Of a stretch of DNA of 64,000 nt, positions 12,954-24,826 are shown piece by piece; the stretch's first letter is position 1; each line of letters starts with the position of its first letter. The stretch spans positions 32,304,001-32,368,000 of the forward strand of contig NC_086108.1 of assembly GCF_963921235.1 (NCBI RefSeq), written 5' to 3'. The notes below the pieces were generated by a model. The model did no database searches and was not told the origin of the DNA. It saw only the letters and a list, made by a program, of their open reading frames with translations. The position numbers and the translations under genes are program-made. This DNA comes from Mobula hypostoma. Its lineage: Eukaryota.

Positions 12954-13656
12954 TAGGGTGCAGTACTGTACTTGTCAACGTAGGGTGCAGTACTGTACTT
13001 GTCAACGTAGGGTGCAGTACTCTATTTGTCAACGTCGGGTGCAGTACTCTATTTGTCAACGTCGGGTGCAGTACTGTATTTGTCAATGTAGGGTGCAGTA
13101 CTGTATTTGTCAACGTAGGGTGCAGTACTGTATTTGTCAACGTAGGGTGCAGTACTGTATTTGTCAATGTAGGGTGCAGTACTCTATTTGTCAACGTAGG
13201 GTGCAGTACTGTACTTGTCAACGTAGAGTGCAGTACTCTATTTGTCAACGTAGGGTGCAGTACTCTATTTGTCAACGTAGGGTGCAGTACTGTACTTGTC
13301 AACGTAGGGTGCAGTACTGTATTTGTCAACGTAGGGTGCAGTACTCTATTTGTCAACGTAGGGTGCAGTACTGTACTTGTCAACGTAGGGTGCAGTACTG
13401 TACTTGTCAACGTAGGGTGCAGTACTGTACTTGTCAACGTAGGGTGCAGTACTGTACTTGTCAATGTAGGGTGCAGTACTGTATTTGTCAACGTAGGGTG
13501 CAGTACTGTACTTGTCAATGTAGGGTGCAGTACTGTACTTGTCAATGTAGGGTGCAGTACTGTATTTGTCAACGTAGGGTGCAGTACTGTACTTGTCAAC
13601 GTAGGGTGCAGTACTCTATTTGTCAATGTAGGGTGCAGTACTGTATTTGTCAACGT
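12954..13656. repeat. 27-bp minisatellite, ~26 copies
   Basis: Unit tagggtgcagtactgtaYttgtcaaYg repeated head to tail with few variant positions and no spacers. Confidence 0.97.
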
Positions 13657-13831
13657 GGAGCGCAGAGCAAGTTGTAAATCTGGCAGGAGCAAAGGATGTT
13701 GGGAATGGCGAGGGTGGAGCACCACGGGTGGGCTGTGCGATAGGTGGCAGAGAGGGAGTGCCAGGGGCGGAGGGTGGCACTGGTGCAGGCACACCCAGCT
13801 CCGAGACACCAGGCAAGGTCATTTGGTTCCA

Positions 13832-14356
13832 AACATAGAAAACCCACAGCACAATATAGGCCCTTCGGCCCAAAAAGCTGTGCTGAATATGTCCGTACTA
13901 TAGAAATTACCTAGGGTTACCCATAGTCCTCTATTTTTCTAAGCTCCATGTACCTATCCAGGAGTCTCTTAAAAGACCCTATCATATCCACCTCCACCAC
14001 CATCGCCGATGGCCCATTCCGCACGCTCACCACTCTCTGCGTTTAAAAAAAAAACAAAAAGGAACTTTTACCCTTGACATCTCCTTTGTACAGGTCGAAC
14101 TTCACTAATCCGACTACCTGTAATCCAGTTCCTTCGATAATCCAGCACTGATTATGCTTAATATGATCCTTCTGTAATTCGACATTTTCACTAATCTGGC
14201 ACTCCTCAGGTCCCAGTGGTGCTGGATTAGTGAAGGTCGACCTGTACTTACTTCCAGGTGCCTGAAAACTGTGCCCTCTCGTGATAGCCATTTCAGCCTT
14301 GGGAAAAAGCCTCTGACTATCTACATGTTCAATGCCTCTCATTATCTTACACACCC
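13832..14356 (-). mobile_element. CR1 3' fragment nested in the composite element
   Basis: Begins aacatagaaaacc (reverse of the CR1 ttctatg tail). Minus-strand peptide CKIMRGIEHVDSQRLFPKAEMAITRGHSF. Confidence 0.75.
14091..14244. mobile_element. 154-bp Tc1/mariner-type MITE
   Basis: TIRs caggtcgaacttcactaatcc / ggattagtgaaggtcgacctg with a TA duplication on both sides. Confidence 0.85.
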
Positions 14357-16429
14357 TGGTTTATTAGTCATTACAGAATGTCTGTTTGGAGCTTCCTTCT
14401 CCCATCCCTCTGTCTTCTCCTTTTCCCAACCATGATTCCCCTCTCCCAGCCCCCTCTCCAATCTCAGTCCACAATACAGTCCCATATCAGAAACTGCTTT
14501 ATCACTCACATAGGTCACGATTTTTTTTGTGGCAGCAGTACAGTGCCATACATAAATTTTCTGCAGTACTGTGCAGCAGCCTTAGGCATCCTATCCATAA
14601 AAATATCCCTGAGACTTTTGCGCAGTACTGGATATGAAAAAGAAAGTTGAGAGAAGCAACTGAAAATGGAAAAAGTGTTGTTTGTTTTTTATTCCTAGTC
14701 ATGATTAAGGATGGTATTAGCTCAAACTTAATACAGGCACACAATCACCGCATGTCATGAGTCACACAAGCTGCCCACTTAAGCAGCCCCGCCATTCACT
14801 TACATCATGCTTAAACGTCTTTCAGATTTTCCCATCCCATCCACACATCTGTTGATTACCTTGGTGCCCAAAAGTCTAATGATCTCACTCTTCAGTATTC
14901 TCATCGGCTGAGCATCCACGGCGCTCGAGTGGAGAATTTCAAAGAGGCATAAACCTCCAATTAGAGAGCCCTGAATATCCCGGGACAGTGACTACTTGCT
15001 CTCATCTCTTCAGTCAAAGAGAGTTCTCGAGACTTCTCAGTGTTAATTCTGCCAGTTCCTCCTTAGAATTTTACCCATTTGTTTTATTTGTAATAATTGT
15101 TTTTGTGTAAAATAAAATGTTTGATTTATGCATCTCCTCTGAAGGTGGCGTAAGTGATGCTGTGTGACTGTGCCATTGTTGTAGTAAGCATTTTGTTGCA
15201 CCTGCACATGCGTGTATTTGCACATATGGCAATAAACTAGACTTTGCCTTTTGTCTCTGAGTGCTGTCTTCTCTCATTATGTTGTTCCAATTCCATTGAA
15301 TCTTTTCTTATAACAATCCCTATATCCCAGAAATCTACCTGGTGAATATTTGTTACATCCTCTGAGGCAAATATTTCCTCCAGAGCTCCAATGTTCACGG
15401 AGCTCCAGAAATGTCCTTCCAAAAGCCTATACAATCACAGCAAGTCTTCCTTCCTCTTATTCTGCAACCTCCATGCAGTTAAAGCTAAGATAGCACGTCT
15501 TCCCAAATGCCAGATAACTGGGTTTTGCATTCCATCAGGTTCTCATTCAAACATTAAATAGTCTGTCACTTTTTCTTACTTGTTGCAATACCATTCTCCT
15601 CATCATAGAAAATAATTTCACAGTTCCTCTCGATATTCTCTTGTCCATTGCTGCTTCTACTTTGGTAAGCTTTGGCTGTTTCCTTGCTTTCCTTCCAAGC
15701 TATATATTGGTAGCAAACAAGGGCATGTCCACTTTGTCCCTCATTGGTTGATGCAAATTGTATGTAGCTTAGGCCTAAGCACTGACCCTTGTTGCATTGG
15801 TTGTGTGCTGCCCTTAAATTATCCTATTTATTCCGATTCTGTTTTCTGTCCATTAACCAATCTGTACTCCTTTCCCACTTGGGCTTGCATCTAAGTCAGA
15901 GAACTTCCTGTTCATAGACTTGCTTGCTGGCGCCTGCTAAATCCTGCATGGGCTACACTTGAGCAACGAGCAGATCAAAAGTTGGTGCACACAAGCCCTC
16001 CTGCAACAGTTGTAAGACCCAGACGTAGATGCATAGCCCCAGTCTGGCATGTTTCTATGGCTGACTTGTGAAGGTGCTTCAGACCTTTCAGAAATACCCC
16101 ATACTCAGTCAAGTTGACCTCATTGTCTGTACATCATATCTGCCACAGTTCCCCTTGGCTTCACATGTCATTACCCAACCTTGGATATTGTTCTGCATTT
16201 GTGTGATCATGTAGAAAGTGTCCTCTGTCTCTCCAGATGTGCCATTCCACTGTGAACGTACACGGTGTTGAGGTCAGTGTGATGTAGCCTGACAACATTG
16301 CAGCTGGCAGTCTCACCAAGCTACTTTTTAGGGCAAAACACTCCCATATCCAGAAAAAATATATATATTTGGCACAGGAGCAACATAGACAGGGTGTGGA
16401 GTTTTTAATCAGGAAGCCACAGCAAGGGG

Positions 16430-16802
16430 TAGGGTGGTGGGGTGGAGATACATCTATACCGAAGGAGGTGTAAGGTGATCCTTTCCTCCATGAGCCTGCA
16501 GGTAACCCTTGGGCAAGGTGTGATACCTGCTTGGCCTCCTCGATCAGGGTCAAGTGAATCCGTGGGAGCAGGTGGTGGATAGTCGTATGAGCAGTTGGTG
16601 CACATCACAAGCCCTGGTTACGCGACCACTGATGCTAGGTAGACAATCTCTAAGGTGTATTAACAATGGTTGGGGTCACTTGTCTTGTAAAGACACTGCC
16701 TAGAAGAAGACAACAGCAAGCCCCTTCTGTCGAAAAACTTGCCAAGAGCAATCATGGTTAAGACTGTGATCGCCCACGTCATACGGCACTAATGATGATG
16801 AT
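16430..16802 (+). mobile_element. RTE-related SINE / non-autonomous retroposon
   Basis: Ends in an (atg)n tail. Collinear with a second copy at 56265-56635 (gagatacatct...aaggaggtgtaagg...ttgccaaga...tcatgg). Confidence 0.55.
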
Positions 16803-19440
16803 AGCAAAAGAGTCGGCTTCCTGGTCCTGCGAGTCATCCTTGCACTGAAGCCTCCTCGGTTCACTGTGTACCAAGTAACCTAATTTTGGTAATCAGCTTA
16901 AATTCTGATTTTTCCTATTACCTGTAGTTGCTGCAAAGTTATCCATCTTCATTTTTATCAACTAATATCAATTTATTTTGTGTTTCATTCAGACATTTGG
17001 TTGATTAATTGAGGTTCTCTGTGGGCATCACAGATGGATATTATGATATGAGGAAGAAGCACATTTGTTGATCATAGAAGATGTAAATGGTTTCATATTT
17101 GACTGTTTGGAGAGACAGGAAGAGATTAGTTAGAAATGTTATTTTGTATATAAAGTAGACAACGTAGAAGCTGTAGTGTTGTTAAAAAGTTTAGATTTCT
17201 TGCCGTCTGCCACTTGAACTCTGCATTATGATTTTACTCCAGAGGTTGTACTCCTTTGCAAAACAGTATTTGGCTGAAATAATGGCTTTAAAATGGCTAA
17301 AACAGATCATGTGTTTTTCAGTGTCTCCTTTCTTTCACTCCTATATATCTTTCCAACGAATTTTCCAACTCATATCCTCCTCCCATAAGGGGGGACACGT
17401 CCTGTTCCGTGACAACCAACTACACCACTTTGCAACAGTTTGCAAGAGGTGTGATTCAAACCTACTACTCCAGCTGCTCAAAAAAATTTCCGGAATAGAT
17501 TGGCTCATGCCCCATGTACTGAAAGAGAAGTGGTTGAAAGAGACTTGACTGACTTGTGATTCAGGAAGTCATTACCTCGTTCTTAAAGATTATTAAAAAT
17601 GCTCAGAGTTTTATGGTAATGAAATTGATCACAAGTCTGGTTGCCCAGAACACAATTTGAACATTCAATCTCTTTGCATCTGTTCCAAGATTCCGTCAGG
17701 TCACAGCTGAATCTTAATTCCATTTTCAATATCCCTTAATTGACAAATCAAGGTCAGTCTTGAAGTTTTCAGTTGACTTTGCCTCATTCAGATTTGTGCC
17801 ACTGAAAGTGTTGCTGCCTCTTTAAATGCACTATATAGTGTGAGAATGAGCAATACAGTCTTGCACCTCCAAAATCACATTGTGCTAACCATGAGGTAAG
17901 CTGATCTAAACTGGGATGCTAACGACCAAGTTTTTGTTTGGTTCTGTGTTCCGAGCCAGAAGGCAAATTAGGTGGGAAAATGAGGCAGGATTCCTGCTTC
18001 CGAATGCATTCTGCTTACAGAGAGGTTCAAGCATTATCTTGACGCACCCACAGTTGGAAGCCTGCACTGTCAGGACTGTAGGTGACTGCTGATACCAAAA
18101 GGGCTCTCAGAGCAAACTCCTGTCTTCAATGAGAACGCAAGGAAAATAAAGAATTCTCATACCATGTGGAAGCAACAGAAATTTGTAATTAAAAGTGTGC
18201 ACGAATGTTTTTGAAATTTATAACAGACCTAGAAGTCATCAAGAGTGTTGCTGCCACACAAATGGATGATGTATTTGTTTTCAATTACACGAGTCTGATT
18301 CCCAATAGCAGTTGCTAGCAAGTTTGCATTGGATGAGTTTTCCCCAGGATATGGTACATACTGCTCACCAAGGCAAAGGGGTAAAGAAGACAGCATGGAT
18401 ACTCTGGGCCATGGTAAGGTCAGTTGTGCCTTGCGGAAGTGAGAGCATTATGATAACAAGAGTGCTGACACAGTGCTGAATCGATGTGCTTGTCTACTGG
18501 AGCAGATGGGTGATTGGTTTATCAGCTGTAATTGTGAAGTATATGTCAAGTGTAATTGATGACAGAGGCACGGAAAGGGGATTCTAAATGAACACCGAGT
18601 AATCGGGCTTGAGAGCAGGTGACTAACACTCTGTAGAACAAGTACGATGTGAGAACTTGAATAAATGTGATTCTCACTCACAGGAAAAGGCCATGCAGCC
18701 CATTTTATTGATGCCAGCTCTCCTGAAAGAGTGAAAAAATTCTCTCCTTCACACCCCTACACTTTATCTCCTTTAAACGAGATAGAATTTTTTTCTACAA
18801 TCCCTCTGGGCAAAGCCATTTATAAAACATTACGCAAATTTTACTCATCTCCCTTAGTGTGTCTGTCTGTGTATGTGTGTGTTCTTTCTTCCCAGTCATC
18901 TCATATCTAACTACGTTCTCTAATTCAGTGTAATTACTTGAATCCCACCCCCATGTTTACGAGAACCTCTCACAATTTTGTGTAACTACTTTAGGAACCA
19001 AAAAAACCCAGTAGGATTTAAGGAAACACACTTGACACTTTGGGTCATCAGGACTGGAAACGGAGGAGAGATAGCCAGTATAAATAGGTGGGGAGGGCAG
19101 CAAGAGCTGGCAGTGATAGGTGGATCCAGGTGAGGGGTGAGTAGGAGGAATTCAAGATTTTGTTAAATGTTCAACAATACCCTGCATAGTATCCAAGACA
19201 TCTTCAAAGAATGGTGCCTCAGCAAGGCAGCGTCCGTTATTTAGGTCTCCATTGACATGCCCTCTTCTCGTTGTTACTGTCAGGAAAGAGGTACAGAAGC
19301 CTGAAGACGCATACTCAGTGATTCAGGAACAGCTTCTTCCCCCCTGCCATACGATTCCTAAATGGACATTAAACCCTTGAGCACCAACTCGGGTTTTTAA
19401 ATTTCTGTTTTGCATTAATTTTAATCTATTTTATGATTTT

Positions 19441-19473
<33 letters not shown>

Positions 19474-19608
19474 TTGAACTGATTACATTTTTTCTTTCTA
19501 TATATTCATGTTGCTAAGTTAACAAATATCATGACACACGCCGGTGATAATAAACCTGATTTGGAATTACAACTGCTATCTTGAACCTTCAAGTGCATGT
19601 CATTCCAG

Positions 19609-19724
19609 GTTTGTATAAGATGCTGACTGGCTTTGAAGACAAATCAGCTTATGCACTCTGTACCTTTGCATATAGCACAGGAAACCCGGAAGATCCAGTG
19701 AAGCTGTTTCGAGGGAAAACTCTG
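19609..19724 (+). CDS. ITPA: ITPA internal coding exon (116 bp)
   Basis: Flanked by ttccag and gtatgt. Translates (G)[38 protein letters not shown], a conserved Ham1/ITPase segment. Confidence 0.96.
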
Positions 19725-20035
19725 GTATGTATTTGTAAAAAGCACCTGTGTGAGAACAACCATATTCCACGATACAACCACATGCAAAATCTTTGGTGTT
19801 TATTAAATTTTTGGCTGCTCTTCCTAGCCCTGTGGATTTTCCATCACTTACACGAAATTAGAAGATATTAGGGTAATTTTATTATCTTGCAAATAGATTG
19901 GCTGTTGTCACTGTTTAAAGTGTGAACTACGATTTCATTAGCTAAAAATTTGTAAAAGTCATGATAGAAGTCCAAGATTTCCTTTCTCTTAGCTTTTGGT
20001 ATCCTGTGCTGGACAACACTGAAAGAGTGATCAGA

Positions 20036-20318
20036 GGCAGCACAGTAGCAAAGTGGTGAGCACGATGCTTTACAGCACCAAGAGTGCCGGTTCAATTCCT
20101 GCCGTTGCCTGTCGGGAGTTTTTACATTCACCCCGTGACTGCATGGGTTTCCTCCTTGTGCTCTGGTTTCCTCCCACAGGCCAAAGATGTTCCAGTTAGG
20201 TTCATTGGTCATTGTAAATTGTTCTGTGATTAGGCTAGGATTAAATCAGAGGATTGCTGGGCACTGTGGCTCAAAGCGCCGGAAGGGCCTATTCTGCACT
20301 GTATCTCAATAAATAAAA
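20036..20318 (+). mobile_element. tRNA-derived (HE1-like) SINE in ITPA intron
   Basis: Box A-like tagcaaagtgg, box B ggttcaattcc, CR1-like 3' end (gaagggcctattctgcactgtatctc) and aataaa tail. Confidence 0.8.
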
Positions 20319-21079
20319 ATGAGTACATTTTTCTCTCCAGGAGAAAGTGGGTGAAACTGTGTTGGTAATTTTTCTTTAGTGGTACCCCATATGAAAGACA
20401 ACAGTGAATATGGAGTGAAACTGAAATTGAACTGAGGGAATTTCATAGACAAATACAAGACAAAAACACGTCCCTTCGGCCCACCCTGTCTGTGCCAAGC
20501 CATTTAAGCTGCCCCATTCCATCACCTCCCAAACAGCACTCTTAACTATTTACACTTTCTAGCAAGGTAACAGAAAATGGGATGTCAGTAGTTCTCTGAA
20601 AGAGTTGCATGCTTCCATTCACTATAAAATTATTATAGCTGGAACTATGAATGTTTGGTTTGTTCCTGAGTGTGGGACCCAGCTTGGAAATGTACATTCA
20701 CTCCTCAACAACTGTCTAGGCTTTACACCTCACCCATTTCCTGTCATGAATAACTAGCTTCACATGAGACTATATTAAAGAAAGTTTAGTATTTTTCATG
20801 ACAAAATATGTTCATTGATGCTTGGGCTGCAAAACCTGCTTGACAGTGGATTTCAAATAAGTTTGGGTAATTCATTCTTTGGGGGAAGGGAAGAATGAAT
20901 TATAGGAAATTGTGGCTACAGTCTAGTGCTATTAATGCAGAGTGGACTGCCTGGCCTCTCACGTGATGTAATGCTACAGGCTACAGCTGACGATTCTGAA
21001 TGGCAAGGAAATGCATTGATTGGAAAGTTAAGTTTTTTTTTAAATTCCCTAACTGTTTAGACACTTTTCTGTTATTTAG

Positions 21080-21156
21080 GGCAAAATAGTTGATCCTCGG
21101 GGACCCAGAGACTTTGGTTGGGATCCTTGTTTTCAGCCTGACAACTTTGACCAGAC
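21080..21156 (+). CDS. ITPA: ITPA internal coding exon (77 bp)
   Basis: Flanked by atttag and gtaagt. Translates GKIVDPRGPRDFGWDPCFQPDNFDQ(T), containing the FGWDP ITPase signature. Confidence 0.97.
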
Positions 21157-21283
21157 GTAAGTGATCAAATGTTTTTTTTTAGTTTATCAAACTTGTAGTT
21201 TTATTTCTGATCTCAGGATAAGTATCGTACATACTTTGAAAATTACACAGTTGTGATCTTTGTTTTCATTGAATCTTCGCCAG

Positions 21284-21416
21284 ATATGCAGAAATGCCGA
21301 AAGCTCTGAAGAATACAATATCTCACCGTTATAAAGCGCTTCGTGAACTGGCAGATTATTTCATCGGGGAGAATGATTCTTCAAAAAAACCCCGGCTAGA
21401 GGAGGAAAACCATTAA
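21284..21416 (+). CDS. ITPA: ITPA terminal coding exon to TAA stop
   Basis: Acceptor cgccag. Translates YAEMPKALKNTISHRYKALRELADYFIGENDSSKKPRLEEENH*, containing the SHR motif of Ham1/ITPases. Confidence 0.96.
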
Positions 21417-21441
21417 AACAGCGCTCTTTCATCTTCTATTG

Positions 21442-21840
21442 AATAAAAAAAATATAGTATTTGTTCTGTAGATAACAAAGTATTTAGTACATTTTGGAGA
21501 TGTGATAAATTAAAGGCTTTTTGCTATACTTTGTTCCATTGACTATGTGATTCTTTCCAAACTTGATTTAGCATTCAGTTCCATTCTAGTCACCTGATGA
21601 AAACTAATAAACAGGCTGGCTTAACCACGTGTGTGCGTCCTCAACAGAGAAGTCCAAAGCTTTCTCTTCAGAACCCTGTTCAGTGCACGCACAATAGGCT
21701 CACATTCAAATGTCCCAGCTAATGCTGCAATTATATAGTAAATCACTTTAATTTAATCACTGTAGTATAAAAATGATTCTTCCTGCATGACGTTGAAGTA
21801 CATTGTCTAATTATGATATATGTAGGTTTTCACCAATAAA
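21442..21840 (+). terminator. Candidate ITPA polyadenylation signals (AATAAA at 21442, 21606, 21835)
   Basis: Three canonical hexamers in AT-rich sequence downstream of the ITPA stop codon. Confidence 0.5.
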
Positions 21841-22337
21841 ACAGTGAAGGTGTTTATATTTCAGAAAAGCCATAGCAACTCATTTATTGAACACCACAAA
21901 AAATGAACTCAAAGTGCACTAAAAACACTTTACATAATTATCTCATCACGTCAGACCAGCCTCCTTAAGTGAAACTCCAGCTCAATGTTGGTGGTTGTGA
22001 ATTATGTACATTTCCACAATTATGTTACCCTACAGATACCTAAAATGGAATATAATTATTACTGGAATTTAAATCTGGGTGCTTAATGTTTTCAATTTCT
22101 GCAACTCCTGTCAATTACCCCAACTTTAAAATTTTTAAAGTTCTTACAACTCAGAAGATGAAATATGTATTCTAATCCCTCAAGTAATTTCTGGAGAAAT
22201 ACCCTAGGATTTTTTTTTATTACTTTCTACTTTCTTCAGTGATTGAGGCCAAAGACATTGAGTCCTCCAATTCCTTCCAATCAAGCTGCATCCTCATTTT
22301 GCTCCATTTTAATACACTTTTTACTTGTTCTTCTCTG

Positions 22338-22513
22338 CAGCTTGTGGCACATCAGGCAGCATCCTTGCTATTTGTTTAGTGTTTTTCACAAGGCCAAGTT
22401 GCTAGCTCAACACTCAACCAAGCACAGATGGAAAGCACACGAGCAGCTGACCAGATTTGATCCCGGGATCATTCGCTTCGAAGTCCGGTGTGGATGCAAC
22501 TACACCACCAGCC
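22338..22513 (-). mobile_element. Short tRNA-derived SINE (second family)
   Basis: Minus strand starts ggctggtggtgtagttgcatccacaccggacttcgaag...gggatcaaatc, a tRNA-like head with degenerate A/B boxes. Confidence 0.5.
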
Positions 22514-23236
22514 AGCATTTTAATACACATATCATTACTTTCCCATTTCCAGTTCATCTCAAAGAGCCATTTTTTTAAAAAATGGACTACACACTTAACT
22601 ACAGAACAACTTTCCCAGTACAGAAGTTTCCAACCTGGGGTCCGCAGATCCCTTGCTTAATGGTATTGGTCAAGGGCATAAAACAAAGGTTGGGAACCCC
22701 AGTTACAGTAGAAGTTCAGCTAAGTCTGATCAACTGAGGTGAAAACCAATAGTTAGAGAAGATTCTTGACTCTCAAACTTACATCCATGCAATGCAGTTG
22801 CTACAAAGGTTGTTGAAGGGAAGAACTATTCCCAAATATTTAAATAAATCGTAATTCAATTTTCTCACAAATAATCAGCTTTAAAGGGTTTTTTTTTTGA
22901 TAATTTGCAACACTTTCAGAACTAATCCCAGCACAAGTAAGCTTTCAATACGTATTCATGTAAAACTGTGTAACATCTCAATCTGTTGACAATTTAATTT
23001 GAGGACAAAACATATGCTGCAGAAAAAAGTTGAAAGCATATCATAAATCTCATGCATCATAGAGTTGAGAGGTGTATTGAGGTTAGATGTTTTGAAGCAC
23101 TTCATAAATTTTGTGTGTTTTCATTTTGAATGCAAATTAAAAATACTTTGGATGTTGAGGAAGTTGATGCAATCTAACCTGAACATTCTTAGGGAAATGT
23201 TCATTACTTATGATTACATTTCCAAATAACTTAAGT

Positions 23237-23754
23237 CAGTGGTCCCCAACCACAAAGCATATGCTACCAGGCCGCGAGGAAATGATATGATTTGGCGATA
23301 TGAAACGATAAGAGTCAGCTGCACCTTTCCTCATTCCCTGTCACCCACTGTTGAACTTGAAATAACCTACCAAATCATACCAAATAACACATAAAACCTA
23401 AAATAACACTAACATATAGTAAAAGCAGGAATGATATGATAAATACACAGCCTATATAAAGTAGAAATAATGTATGTACAGTTTAGTTTCACTTAACAGA
23501 ATCGGGAAGGTTACGCCAAAACCAATTTTTAGAAAAAAATCGGCACGTACACGCATGTGCACACAGGTGCCTGCGCAAGGCTTCATGGTCATGGTAGTCT
23601 TTCTCGGGGTAAACACAAGTATTTGACTGCTACTTTTGTCCCTTATTTGGGAGTGAGAAAGTTGGCAACTCTACTTGGACAACGGCCGACCGGTCCACAA
23701 GAATATTGTCAATATTAAACTAGTCTACGGTGCAAAAAAGGTTGGGGACCCCTG
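23237..23754. mobile_element. Non-autonomous hAT element carrying a Tigger-derived segment
   Basis: TIRs cagtggtccccaacc / ggttggggacccctg with an 8-bp TSD (acttaagt / atttaagt). The interior at 23371-23480 matches the Tigger at 27935-28200. Confidence 0.8.
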
Positions 23755-24399
23755 ATTTAAGTAGCTTGCCAAGCATTCAACAAAACTCATAGGTGATAAA
23801 TTAATCATGCATCCAAAATTCATAGTGCAACCACAAGGTATGAGAGCAGCAACATACAAGCACGTGACAGTCATTGTCTCAGACCTTCTGTTTTATTTGA
23901 TGAAGTCGTTCTTTCCAATGAATGTTTAACAGAATCACGGCTGCCTCTGGATCTGCACTGCTCCCCTCCAAATCTTGAAAATCAATGTCTGCGTAACAAA
24001 TTCAAGCGGTTAAACAGAACACAAAGAGCGCTCTGGAGATGTATTAGTGTTCTCAAAAAATTACCCGAACAGCCACTGCCTAGTTAAATAAATAATTTGA
24101 CAAAGATTGTCAACACACTTGGAGAAGATCCTCAGTTTGTTTTGGCATTTTTGAAAATGCATAAACTGAGGAAACGCTGTTTCTTTCCAAATCTACAAAA
24201 TAGGTATTATGAAAATTACGTTGTATTTAATAAAGAATAATAGATTTTAATTTGTGTTGAATGGCTATTCTAATTTTTCCCAACAGATACCAGTTTAATA
24301 TGTGTTACTTCAAACATACAAACATACATATCACCGGAGAAAGAATTGGAAGGCTTCAGAGTTTCAACAGGAGCAATTCAAAAAAACACCTGAGGAACT

Positions 24400-24432
24400 C
24401 CTGATGAAGGGTCTCAGCCCAAAACATCAACT
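24400..24432 (+). ncRNA. Decayed minimal type I hammerhead ribozyme motif in a Penelope-related short repeat
   Basis: cCTGATGA-aggg tctcag ccc-AAAA-catc-aact: intact CUGAUGA and stem II, with GAAA mutated at a CpG. Confidence 0.45.
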
Positions 24433-24826
24433 ATTTATTCCCGTCCTTAGATGCTTCCTGACCTGCTGAGTTCCTCCAACATTTTGAGTGATTCCAGCAC
24501 CTGCAGAATCTTTTGTGTTTATCGTTGCTATTTTCTGCTAGAAAGGCAAATTAATGCAAGAATATAAAGCTTTAAATACCATCAATCTTATACACTAGTG
24601 CATTATTTTATTGATCCGTTCGGTCTTTTACTGCTGTTCTGTAATGGTCCAAACAAATCTGCTGAACATAAAACAAAAAAAAACTGCTGGAAGAATTGAA
24701 TGGGTCAGGCAGGATCCAAAAAACTAAAAGTACATTGAAAGCACACAGTTTACTTTGCCCTGCTTAATATATGATGAAAGCACAAGCTTTTCTTTAATTA
24801 GAAGCATTCTGTTACATAAATCCCAT

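Larger units (their letters stand above)
12912..14630. mobile_element. Composite non-autonomous DNA element bounded by CAGTACTG-type TIRs
   Basis: Left end cagtactatgcaaaggtct; right end agacttttgcgcagtactg. The right end is itself a ~67-bp TIR-spacer-TIR unit (14564-14630). Confidence 0.6.

Noticed and set aside
12954..13656. CRISPR-like array
   Set aside because: The repeats are contiguous with no unique spacers, there are no cas genes, and the context is a vertebrate intron.
12694..13809. 371-aa Thr-rich (minus) and 252-aa Cys-rich (plus) ORFs as novel proteins
   Set aside because: They are explained by a 27-bp (multiple of 3) stop-free tandem repeat, with no independent gene structure.
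19581..19871. 96-aa ORF as a standalone gene
   Set aside because: Only 19609-19724 is ITPA exon; the rest is intronic read-through.
20036..20105. tRNA gene
   Set aside because: It is the degenerate tRNA-like head of a SINE, continuous with the SINE body and tail.
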